Source: a bacterium (lineage in GTDB: Bacteria > Babelota > Babeliae > Babelales > JAUWHS01). Taken from it: DNA of 18,976 nucleotides. The stretch is from positions 1 through 18,976 of the forward strand of contig JBDRFY010000033.1 of assembly GCA_043818275.1 (NCBI GenBank). The letters are read 5' to 3'. This document shows, in pieces, positions 1 through 7,972 of this stretch (its first letter is position 1; the number at the start of each line of letters is the position of its first letter). The translations under genes were made by a program, and so were the position numbers. The notes under the pieces were generated by a model that made no database searches, had not been told where the DNA came from, and saw only the letters and a list, made by a program, of their open reading frames with translations.

Positions 1-123
1 AGATGTTTTAAGGATTACAAAGATATAATGAATTCTGCTACAAAAGCTTGGAAGTCTTTTGTAAGTTCTCCTGGCGCCATCAAACGACTTTGTTCAAGAT
101 CATGGGCGACAGTGGCCGCTTAA
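1..123 (+). CDS. 3' end of IS630-family transposase (partial, runs off window)
   Basis: Frame +1 is open from base 1 to TAA at 121-123: RCFKDYKDIMNSATKAWKSFVSSPGAIKRLCSRSWATVAA*. This resembles the NRxFxxYxDI...AW...P..I......W C-terminus of IS630 DDE transposases. Not in the supplied ORF track. Confidence 0.8.
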   Translation, partial: RCFKDYKDIMNSATKAWKSFVSSPGAIKRLCSRSWATVAA

Positions 124-140
124 TTATTCAGAATGGTATA
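1..140 (+). mobile_element. Right end of IS630-family insertion sequence, with TA target dinucleotide at 139-140
   Basis: Transposase stop is followed by TTATTCAGAATGGTA|TA (reverse complement TATACCATTCTGAATAA), an IS630-like terminus. IS630/Tc1 elements insert at TA. Ankyrin similarity on the minus strand stops exactly here. Confidence 0.75.
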
Positions 141-483
141 ATTTTGCGACCTCTACCTTGGTTACCCAAGACAAAGGAGTTGTTCCATATTTATTTGCCT
201 TATCAACTTCGGCTCCTTTTTCCAAAAGAAATTTTACAATATCACAATAACCTTTAAAACAAGCCCTGCTTAAAGCTGTTCCACCTTTTTGATCCTGACA
301 ATTTACAAGAAAAAGCCTATCCTCTTTTCCTTTATATTTATTTAATAAAGATTTCATTGATTCTAATAATCCATTGTTCGCAGCGTTCGTAAATTCGTTA
401 TAATCTGTATAATCAACCCTCGAAAATAAACAGGCCATTAAGAGTACTTGTAAAAATAAAAATAATTTAAAAATTTTTTTCAT
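124..483 (-). pseudogene. Signal-peptide ankyrin-repeat protein, 5' fragment truncated by IS630 insertion
   Basis: GGGGG RBS then ATG at 483 (MKKIFKLFLFLQVLLMACLFS). Ankyrin motifs GGTALSRACFKGYCDIVKFLLEKGAEVD and GTTPLSW..VEVAKL. The last residues YHSE* are encoded by the IS end. Confidence 0.75.
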
Positions 484-499
484 GTTAACCCCCAATCAA

Positions 500-2752
500 T
501 TAAATATATTCGATAAGAGATACAAAATTTTTTCTGGTTTTTACAAAATTATATTCAGAAGCAGGAAGATAAAACCTGATATAATTTCCACAATTTGAAT
601 AATAAAGTAACCCTTGTCCATTTTGCTTAGAATAATAATCCTCATATCCTATTTTTTCACAATCAAATAAACGTTTTTGCTCTTTTTTTAATTCTTCATA
701 TGCTAGTTCTGAGATTGAACAAATAGGAAAAGTTTCAATCAATTTATTATCCAAAACATTAATATTTTTATTTGGATCAGTTACATTAATTTTCTTCATA
801 TTTCTACCATTAATCTTTCCGTAAATAATAGGGAAAAGAGTAAGAATTGATTCAATTTTTATATCTTCTTTAAGATCTTTTAATTTCGCAATATCACTAA
901 AAGCAACTTTTAATCTCAAGTCACCAATTTTAGAAATTGCAACATTCCTACCAATACATTGATTACTATTATTGAACACATCGTTAACAAATCTATAAAA
1001 ATTTTCTCTAATACCAGCAATACAAACAGTTGATATCTTATAACCAATAATATTTCCTGTTCGCTCATTTTTAATAACCCAATATCCAAGAAAAGCATTT
1101 TGTGATTCATATAAAACTTTAAATGAATCAACTAAATATCTTGAGCCATCTTTTTCAACAACTTCGTCTTTATCATTTGTTAAATATTTATCTCTAAATT
1201 CAAAAGAATCACCTTTTCTAACAAATTCATCTTTAAATAAAAAGTGACCACCCTGCACCTTTGTTTTACCATTTTTTATGGTAATCACAGGATCTGAAAT
1301 ATGCTCAAATGAAATTACAACAAGCTCTTTCAACTTCTTAAAATATCTTTCTGAACAAGTTAAACAATTTGCAAGTCTATATGCCGAAGCCAAAAGCGGA
1401 AGATATTTATTCGAAATAAATTTTACGCCTGTCTGGCTATCTTGATATAAAACGTTATCATAAATTTTATTAACAATTTTATTGTAAATAGAACACAAAA
1501 TAAATTGTATTTTTGCAATATCATTTTCATTATGTTTATTTTTAGCTTTATCGAAAAGACTTGTAATCAAACTTAAAATAACGTTAATCCTTCCATACTC
1601 ATCATGATCATGTAATAACTTATCGATATCAGAATTTATTTGTACCACACTTTTCTGTAACTCTTCAGCAAATTCACAATCATCTATCCCAATCGCATGA
1701 GTATTATCAATTCTTAGAAGACTTTCTACTACCGGATTAGCGATAATGTCTCTTAAAATTTGTTTAAAGAACTCTTTTCTATTAATGCAATCTTGTATTT
1801 TAACTTTACCGCCTTCTAACTTATGAACACCCTCTTTGCTGATTAATTTTTTATAAATAAGCTCAATCTTATAAAAAGCCAAAATAATAATGTTTAATTC
1901 ATAATCAGAATTATTAACAGAATTAAGAGCTTTTAAATTTTTTTCAACAACATCTGCAACAGCAAATAAAGGTTTTGTTACAAATGCAACCTTACCATTT
2001 TTAGGTCTTAAAAAATTTTTTATAAACAAACCTACGTTAACTTTTTTTCCATCGACAACTAATTCTGATTTAGAATCATTTAAAAATTGTGTTAAATCAG
2101 AGGCTTTAAATTCAATTGATCTTTTTCCATTATCCAATTCATGTATCTCAACAAATCTAAGAAAAACATTTATAAAAAATAACGCAGTTTTGTTATCAAC
2201 CGGTTTAACTACTTTTTTTCCACTTGGAGTATTACCATTAAAAATAAGAGCTTGTTCTTTATCATCAATTGCCAAAAGAGTTCTGACGAGCTTAACCGCT
2301 GGACTAGTTGCATTACCATTTCCACCCGCAAATATGATAAAGGGTTCTAAAACAGAATCCAAAACATCTTGAACATAATCATGATTACTTTCTGGAGATT
2401 TAGGTGTATCTGGAAATAATACCGAAATAGCTACTCTTTCTACTGGCGAATCCAAATCCAATAGACCTTTTGTTGTATTTGTACTTTTACCTTTTCTTTT
2501 CATTCTTTTTTTCGCAGGACTTGTTTCATTAAATTCAGTTATTGGTGTAATTTTAAAACTTTCTTCAGGAGAATGTGGTGGAGTTACGTTAAAAAATCCT
2601 TCCTTTTTATCATTAAATAAATTTTGATCTGGTTTAGGCAAATTTGTAGGTTGTTCAGTAATTCTAGGATTTGATCCCGGAAACATTGAAAATAAATTAG
2701 AAATAGTAAAAATTTGAGTAATTAAAATTAAAGAATAAATAAACTTTTTCAT
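500..2752 (-). CDS. Large exported protein with basic NLS-like patch and C-terminal EndoU-like nuclease motifs
   Basis: Long ORF (track start 2764; ATG at 2752 fits the GGGGG RBS better). Signal peptide MKKFIYSLILITQIFTISNLFS; SPAKKRMKRKGK; motifs EHI-x15-GGH, YKIST and TLFP. The CDS is secure, the function tentative. Confidence 0.6.
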   Translation of the reverse strand: MKKFIYSLILITQIFTISNLFSMFPGSNPRITEQPTNLPKPDQNLFNDKKEGFFNVTPPHSPEESFKITPITEFNETSPAKKRMKRKGKSTNTTKGLLDLDSPVERVAISVLFPDTPKSPESNHDYVQDVLDSVLEPFIIFAGGNGNATSPAVKLVRTLLAIDDKEQALIFNGNTPSGKKVVKPVDNKTALFFINVFLRFVEIHELDNGKRSIEFKASDLTQFLNDSKSELVVDGKKVNVGLFIKNFLRPKNGKVAFVTKPLFAVADVVEKNLKALNSVNNSDYELNIIILAFYKIELIYKKLISKEGVHKLEGGKVKIQDCINRKEFFKQILRDIIANPVVESLLRIDNTHAIGIDDCEFAEELQKSVVQINSDIDKLLHDHDEYGRINVILSLITSLFDKAKNKHNENDIAKIQFILCSIYNKIVNKIYDNVLYQDSQTGVKFISNKYLPLLASAYRLANCLTCSERYFKKLKELVVISFEHISDPVITIKNGKTKVQGGHFLFKDEFVRKGDSFEFRDKYLTNDKDEVVEKDGSRYLVDSFKVLYESQNAFLGYWVIKNERTGNIIGYKISTVCIAGIRENFYRFVNDVFNNSNQCIGRNVAISKIGDLRLKVAFSDIAKLKDLKEDIKIESILTLFPIIYGKINGRNMKKINVTDPNKNINVLDNKLIETFPICSISELAYEELKKEQKRLFDCEKIGYEDYYSKQNGQGLLYYSNCGNYIRFYLPASEYNFVKTRKNFVSLIEYI

Positions 2753-2769
2753 CATAACCCCCATAAATT
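2687..2769. repeat. 83-bp perfect direct repeat, copy 1 (RBS + signal-peptide coding cassette)
   Basis: Identical base for base to 3804-3886. Confidence 0.97.
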
Positions 2770-3869
2770 TAACAATTTTTTATTGCTCTAACATATTCTC
2801 TCAAATAACACAAGTTATATAATCGTATTTGTTCAGTATAAAAATCTTCCAACTTGGATGTCTCAATTTCAGAAGAATCGTAATTCTTAATAGCTACAGA
2901 GTTAATTTCGCCATCTAGCTTTTCAATAAGTTCTCCCTGCTTTTCTTTTTGCAATAAAAAATTAATCAACTTAAATAAATTTTTATGATCTTCTTGTAAA
3001 AGCAACCATTCAAAAACATCGCTACCAAAAGAGTCTTCTTGATAAATATTTATATGATCTAAACAATTTAAAAATTTCTCAAACAATAAATCAAAATCTT
3101 CTTGATTAAATAAATTAAGTTTCTTTTTTCTAGCATTTGGATGCATTCTCGTTAACCAATTTCTAGCATTTGGATGCATTCTCGTTAACCAAAGAAAACA
3201 GTTTCTTTTTTTATGCGTTGAAACAACACTAAAAACATAAAAATACTGCCCCGTTTCAATTAAATGATTCAAAACAATAAGGACTGCATCTTTGTTTCCA
3301 CATTCAATCGTATTCATCAAAATAGAATGATTTTCGTTATTACATATTGTAGATTTAGCCCCATGGTTCAAAAGAAATGTAATAACTTCAACATGACCAA
3401 AAGAACAAGCCCACATCAAAGGAGTAGACCCATTTTTATCCAAGGAATCTAAGCTTTTTATTTTATTAACTAATAACTTAACAATATTAAGGTTGCCATT
3501 ACCTGCAGCTATATGTAATGCGGTAGCCTCACTATTATTCTTCAAATCCGGGTCAGCACCTAATTCTAAAAGTTTTTCAACGTTGTCTTTTTCTCCTCTT
3601 TTAGTTGAGCTCATCAAAATAGTCCAACCTGATTTTATTTGTTTATTTAAAAGGTTTTCGATAGTTGAACAACCTTCTAAAATATCTTGAAATTGTAATA
3701 AAGGACCTAGTCCTTTAAGTGAATTTAATTTATCTAATGCTCCACTAAGCGCTTGACCACTTAATTGAATTAATGGCCTAATAGGCAACTTAACAGTTTT
3801 AACTGAAAATAAATTAGAAATAGTAAAAATTTGAGTAATTAAAATTAAAGAATAAATAAACTTTTTCAT
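2769..3869 (-). CDS. Exported ankyrin-repeat protein
   Basis: Same signal peptide as the downstream gene (track start 3881; likely ATG 3869). Ankyrin repeats GWTILM..LLELGADPD, ATALHIAAGNGNLNIVKLLV, GSTPLMWACSFGHVEVITFLLNHGA, plus degenerate copies. Confidence 0.9.
   Translation of the reverse strand: MKKFIYSLILITQIFTISNLFSVKTVKLPIRPLIQLSGQALSGALDKLNSLKGLGPLLQFQDILEGCSTIENLLNKQIKSGWTILMSSTKRGEKDNVEKLLELGADPDLKNNSEATALHIAAGNGNLNIVKLLVNKIKSLDSLDKNGSTPLMWACSFGHVEVITFLLNHGAKSTICNNENHSILMNTIECGNKDAVLIVLNHLIETGQYFYVFSVVSTHKKRNCFLWLTRMHPNARNWLTRMHPNARKKKLNLFNQEDFDLLFEKFLNCLDHINIYQEDSFGSDVFEWLLLQEDHKNLFKLINFLLQKEKQGELIEKLDGEINSVAIKNYDSSEIETSKLEDFYTEQIRLYNLCYLREYVRAIKNC
3127..3192. repeat. Perfect in-frame 33-bp tandem duplication (2 copies) in the ankyrin gene
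   Basis: TTTCTAGCATTTGGATGCATTCTCGTTAACCAA at 3127-3159 and 3160-3192; protein WLTRMHPNARN-WLTRMHPNARK. Confidence 0.97.
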
Positions 3870-3886
3870 CATAACCCCCATAAATT
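3804..3886. repeat. 83-bp perfect direct repeat, copy 2 (RBS + signal-peptide coding cassette)
   Basis: Identical to 2687-2769. Confidence 0.97.
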
Positions 3887-3910
3887 AATAACCTATTTAA
3901 GTACTTTTTA

Positions 3911-3938
3911 AGCATAACAATAGTGACAGATAGTGCAA
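3911..3938 (-). promoter_or_regulatory. Putative sigma70 promoter for the three-gene exported-protein cluster
   Basis: Minus strand TTGCAC-16 nt-TATGCT with TG extended -10 motif, about 40 nt upstream of the start. Confidence 0.5.
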
Positions 3939-3997
3939 ATGGATAGGCTATGACAAAAATTTAACAGACAAAAAGAAATATTTTTTTGATTAAAAAA

Positions 3998-5971
3998 CTA
4001 AGATTTTTGATATTTTTCGCGCAATTTTAGCAATTTATCACGTAATTCTATTGCTAACTCAAAATTAAGATTTTCGGCTGCAAGTTGCATTTCTCGTTCA
4101 ATTTGAGGGATTAATGTTTCCAATTCGTTAGGTTTTATTTTTTCAACCTTTGCCTTGAATTTAGAAGCTGATGCAATGTTTTGCTGTAATTTACCAATAC
4201 CTTTTCCAATATCACGCTTAACCGTTTTGGCCTCAATTCCATGTTTTTTATTAAAATCTGACTGTAATTTACGTCTTCTTTCAGTTTCATAAATAGCATC
4301 CTGCATAGATTTGGTCATTTTATCAGCATAAAAAATAACTTTACTTTCCGTATTTCGGGCCGCTCGCCCAATTGTCTGAATTAAAGATCTGCTATTTCTT
4401 AAAAAACCTTCGATATCAGCATCCAAAATTGCAACTAATGCAACTTCGGGTAAATCAAGCCCTTCACGCAATAAATTAATTCCAACAAGGCAATCAAAAA
4501 CTCCTGTCCTTAATTTATATAAAAGCTCTGTTCTTTGCGGTGTTTTAATATCGGCATGCATGTAACAAACCTTAATTTTTTTATTTTCTAAATATTGAGC
4601 TAAATCCTCCGCAGATCGTTTGGTCAATACAGTAACAAGTGTTCGAAATCCTTTTTCTGTAGTTTTTTTTATTTCAGCAATTAAATGCTCAAGTTGTCCA
4701 ACTCTACTTACAACCTCAACTTTTGGGTCGGTAATTCCTGTTGGGCGAACTATTTGCTCAGCCAACTGTTTTGAATTCTTAATTTCATAATCCCGTGGTG
4801 TTGCAGAAACAAAAATTGCATCCTTAAAATAGTTTTCAATTTCAGAAAATTTTAATGGGCGATTATCGTAAGCTGAAGGAAGTCTGAATCCAAAATCAAT
4901 TAATGATTTTTTTCTGGATTTGTCTCCTTTATACATCCCTTCAAGTTGGGGAATTGCAATGTGAGATTCATCGATAATTAATAAAAAATCATCCCCAAAG
5001 AAATCAAATAAACAATAAGGAGCCATGCCCGGTTTTCTGCCATCAAAATATCGTGAATAATTTTCAATACCGGTACAATAACCGGTTTCTTGTAACATTT
5101 CTATATCATGATTAATTCGGGTTTTTAATCTTTCCCGGTAAAGAGGATTTGTTATTCTTGCTGATTCTATTTCCAAATCTTTTTTAATAAGGTCAATTGC
5201 AGCATCTTTCTTTTCCTGAGTTGTTACAAAATGTTTTGCCGGAAAAATTAAAACATCTTCCAAAGTTTTTAATACTCTATTTTCATTTTTATCAACAAGC
5301 TCAATTGTATCTATCTCATCACCAAAAAGCTCAATTCTTAAATTATCATGCATGTACGGTAAATTTATTGTAATACTACTTCCCACAACTCGAAAACATC
5401 CTGATTTTAAATCAACATCATTTCTGCTGTACTGAATAAAAATAATATCTTGCAAAAGCTTTTTTCGTGAGATTTTTTGTCCTGTTTTTAATTTTAAAGT
5501 TAAATTTCGATAATCAAAAGGATTACCCAAAGAATAAATAGCAGAAACTGAAGCAATAATAATTGTATCTTTTCTATTTATAATTGAAGCGGTCGCCTCT
5601 ACTCTCAATCTTTCAATTTCGGTATTTACCTTTGTCTCTTTTGGAATATAAATATCCTGAGCAGGAAGGTATGATTCAGGTTGGTAATAGTCGTAATAAC
5701 TTACAAAATAACAAACCTTATTTTCAGGAAAAAACAAAGAAAACTCTTCATAAAGTTGAGCCGCCAAAGTTTTATTTGGACTCAAAATTATGACCGGTTT
5801 ATCCTGCTGAGCAATAACATTGGCCAACGTATAAGTTTTACCCGAACCTGTAACACCAAGGAGCACCGATTTTCCAGGTCTACCCTTAATCAATTTTTTT
5901 ATTGCCTCCGGCTGATCGCCAGATGGCTTGAACGGAGATTTAAGTTTAAAAAGGCTGCTTTTTGTATTCAT
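3998..5971 (-). CDS. uvrB: Excinuclease ABC subunit B
   Basis: GDQPEAI, Walker A GVTGSGKT, FVSYYDYYQPE, DESH, GFRLPSAYDNRPL, GINLLREGLDLPEV, QTIGRAARN and a C-terminal UVR coil (FELAIELRD). Confidence 0.98.
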   Translation of the reverse strand: MNTKSSLFKLKSPFKPSGDQPEAIKKLIKGRPGKSVLLGVTGSGKTYTLANVIAQQDKPVIILSPNKTLAAQLYEEFSLFFPENKVCYFVSYYDYYQPESYLPAQDIYIPKETKVNTEIERLRVEATASIINRKDTIIIASVSAIYSLGNPFDYRNLTLKLKTGQKISRKKLLQDIIFIQYSRNDVDLKSGCFRVVGSSITINLPYMHDNLRIELFGDEIDTIELVDKNENRVLKTLEDVLIFPAKHFVTTQEKKDAAIDLIKKDLEIESARITNPLYRERLKTRINHDIEMLQETGYCTGIENYSRYFDGRKPGMAPYCLFDFFGDDFLLIIDESHIAIPQLEGMYKGDKSRKKSLIDFGFRLPSAYDNRPLKFSEIENYFKDAIFVSATPRDYEIKNSKQLAEQIVRPTGITDPKVEVVSRVGQLEHLIAEIKKTTEKGFRTLVTVLTKRSAEDLAQYLENKKIKVCYMHADIKTPQRTELLYKLRTGVFDCLVGINLLREGLDLPEVALVAILDADIEGFLRNSRSLIQTIGRAARNTESKVIFYADKMTKSMQDAIYETERRRKLQSDFNKKHGIEAKTVKRDIGKGIGKLQQNIASASKFKAKVEKIKPNELETLIPQIEREMQLAAENLNFELAIELRDKLLKLREKYQKS

Positions 5972-5977
5972 ACAGCC

Positions 5978-6006
5978 AGAATACAGGAAAATAAAAGCTT
6001 ATTCAA
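5978..6006 (-). promoter_or_regulatory. Putative sigma70 promoter giving a leaderless uvrB transcript
   Basis: TTGAAT-17 nt-TATTCT-6 nt-ATG; no Shine-Dalgarno sequence. Confidence 0.55.
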
Positions 6007-6045
6007 AAGGGGGAAAGGGATTCTTAATCATTTCCAATTGGGAAA

Positions 6046-7032
6046 TCAAGGCGAACAGAGAGAAGAACCAGAACTATTAGATGATCCAGAACTTAAATAC
6101 GAAGAGGCTGAAGAATTGCTCGAAGTACGTCTGTGTTCATCTTTAAAAACATGATTAACTAAACTTTTTTTTAAAACCATTTTTATATCCGTGTGATAAA
6201 TTTTATTTATAAAATTAAGACACTTTTCTTTACCACAACAATACAATTTCATAATATTTTCGTTTAATTCCAAACTACCGGCTTCAGAGCCCATGTATCC
6301 ACTGTCTGTTCTATTTATTAATTTATGTTTTTTAGTTTTAATGTTTTCAACAATTAAATACCAGTTTATTTTCTTATCTTTAACAAATTTTTCATAAAAC
6401 TTAGTGCCTATTGCTTCATCAATTTTCCATAAAAACTTTAATTCTTCTGCATTAAAAGAATTTAAAATTAGATATATAAAATAGTAATCAAAATCATAGA
6501 TATCATTATTAAGATTAAGAAAATCATAAGCTAAAAAATATTGTCTAATCATATATCTATAATATTTCAACTTATCTTTATTCGATGTTTCTATCAAATC
6601 ATCGTAATAAGCAGATACAAAACATTTTGTCTGATGAATAAAACCAAGCAACTGATTATCTTCCCATTCTTCTTTCAATAAAAAAATTTCTAACAACCAC
6701 AAAAAATATTCTTTTTGCTTTTCAGTCATACCTTTTTTCAATGCACCATCAATTAATTTTTTAATTTTTAAAATGATTATACTTTTCATGGAAAAAGTAA
6801 TATCTGAAAGAACTTTAATAACTTGATGTAAATTTTCATAATATTGTTCAACTTCAAGAAAATTTGAAAGTTGCAATAAAAGATCAAAATTATCAAAGCC
6901 TGTTTTTATAACATCCATTGCTTTTTTATATGCTATTTCACTTTCTGCTTTTGGAAATTGAGAAAAAATAGAATTATAAAATGCTAAATTTGTCAGGGTA
7001 AAAAGGATAGAAGCTTTTAAATAATTATTCAT
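6046..7032 (-). CDS. Hypothetical exported protein with Ser-rich C-terminal tail
   Basis: 328-aa ORF with strong GGAGGGGGG RBS, N-terminal hydrophobic signal ending IFS, DSGYMGS motif, and tail RRTSSNSSASSYLSSGSSNSSGSSLCSP. Confidence 0.8.
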   Translation of the reverse strand: MNNYLKASILFTLTNLAFYNSIFSQFPKAESEIAYKKAMDVIKTGFDNFDLLLQLSNFLEVEQYYENLHQVIKVLSDITFSMKSIIILKIKKLIDGALKKGMTEKQKEYFLWLLEIFLLKEEWEDNQLLGFIHQTKCFVSAYYDDLIETSNKDKLKYYRYMIRQYFLAYDFLNLNNDIYDFDYYFIYLILNSFNAEELKFLWKIDEAIGTKFYEKFVKDKKINWYLIVENIKTKKHKLINRTDSGYMGSEAGSLELNENIMKLYCCGKEKCLNFINKIYHTDIKMVLKKSLVNHVFKDEHRRTSSNSSASSYLSSGSSNSSGSSLCSP

Positions 7033-7125
7033 CTCTCCCCCCTCCCGAATCAGCCCAAAACAGAAATTAACATCAAGGCTTAGCCTTAATAATCCTACAA
7101 AAAAAATGCTTTGAAAGTAAAGAAT

Positions 7126-7689
7126 CTAGATTATAAGATTAATTATCTGATCAATCATGCTATCAAGTTGTAACTCTTCTTCAGATGTAAAATTTGATAA
7201 AACATAATTTGAGACATCTTCTTTTTTTTCCGGACGACCAATACCAAACTGAAGCCGCCAGAAATCAGAACCCAACATTCCAATTATTGACCGTAAGCCG
7301 TTATGTCCTTTTGCGCTTCCCCCAAATTTTAGATTAATTTTGCCAAAAGGTTTTTCCAGTTCATCATGAATAACCAAAATTTCTTCCGGCTTGATTCCTT
7401 TTTTTAAAAGAAAAGGTAGAACTCGGCCTGAAGCGTTCATAAATGTTGTTGATTTTACAAGAATTATTTTTATACCATTCGAGACGCTCTGCTTCTCAGG
7501 GAGAACGGAAGATAAAATTTGAACATCGCAATATTGTAAGTCATCGCGATCCTGCCAAGAACCATTAAATTTATCCGCTAACGCATCAATAACTCTAAAT
7601 CCAATGGTGTGGCGATTTTTTGAATATTTAGATCCAGGATTTCCCAGACCGACAATTGCTTTTATATTTTTTAATTCAAAATCATTCAT
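7126..7689 (-). CDS. pth: Peptidyl-tRNA hydrolase
   Basis: IVGLGNPG, RHxIGF, TFMNASG, HDEL, GHNGLRS, GIGRP and YVL motifs. Confidence 0.97.
   Translation of the reverse strand: MNDFELKNIKAIVGLGNPGSKYSKNRHTIGFRVIDALADKFNGSWQDRDDLQYCDVQILSSVLPEKQSVSNGIKIILVKSTTFMNASGRVLPFLLKKGIKPEEILVIHDELEKPFGKINLKFGGSAKGHNGLRSIIGMLGSDFWRLQFGIGRPEKKEDVSNYVLSNFTSEEELQLDSMIDQIINLII
7474..7508. repeat. REP/RPE-like palindromic element in-frame within pth
   Basis: ACCATTCGAGACGCTCTGCTTCTCAGGGAGAACGG shares TTCGA..ACG..CTCAGG..GAACGG with the intergenic element at 12307-12331. It is locally GC-rich and encodes an extra loop (SVLPEKQSVSNG). Confidence 0.7.
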
Positions 7690-7779
7690 TCCAATACTTC
7701 TTTTATGTGTTTTTTTTCAATATCTAAAGACCTACTTTGTCATCCAACAGTATTAACTTAAACAATATTTTAAGCCTAC

Positions 7780-7972
7780 TTTGTCATCCTGCATGTCAGC
7801 CATAGTTTTAACGAAGGCTGGAATTTATTTCAGGATCCACATACTGCTAAGCTTAAAAGACTTTTTAAAATTTATTTTCAAACAAATATTAAATCAAACA
7901 AAAACTTAAACATCGATCCTGAAACAAGCTCCAGCCTTCGTTAAAACTATGGCTGACATGCAGGATGACAAA
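7780..7972. repeat. Long inverted repeat pair (58-bp arms, 77-bp AT-rich spacer); REP-doublet/MITE-like
   Basis: 7780-7837 and 7915-7972 are reverse complements at 55/58 positions. Each arm is GTCATCCTG + 30-bp inner hairpin + AATTTATTTCAGGATC (or AGCTTGTTTCAGGATC). Confidence 0.92.
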
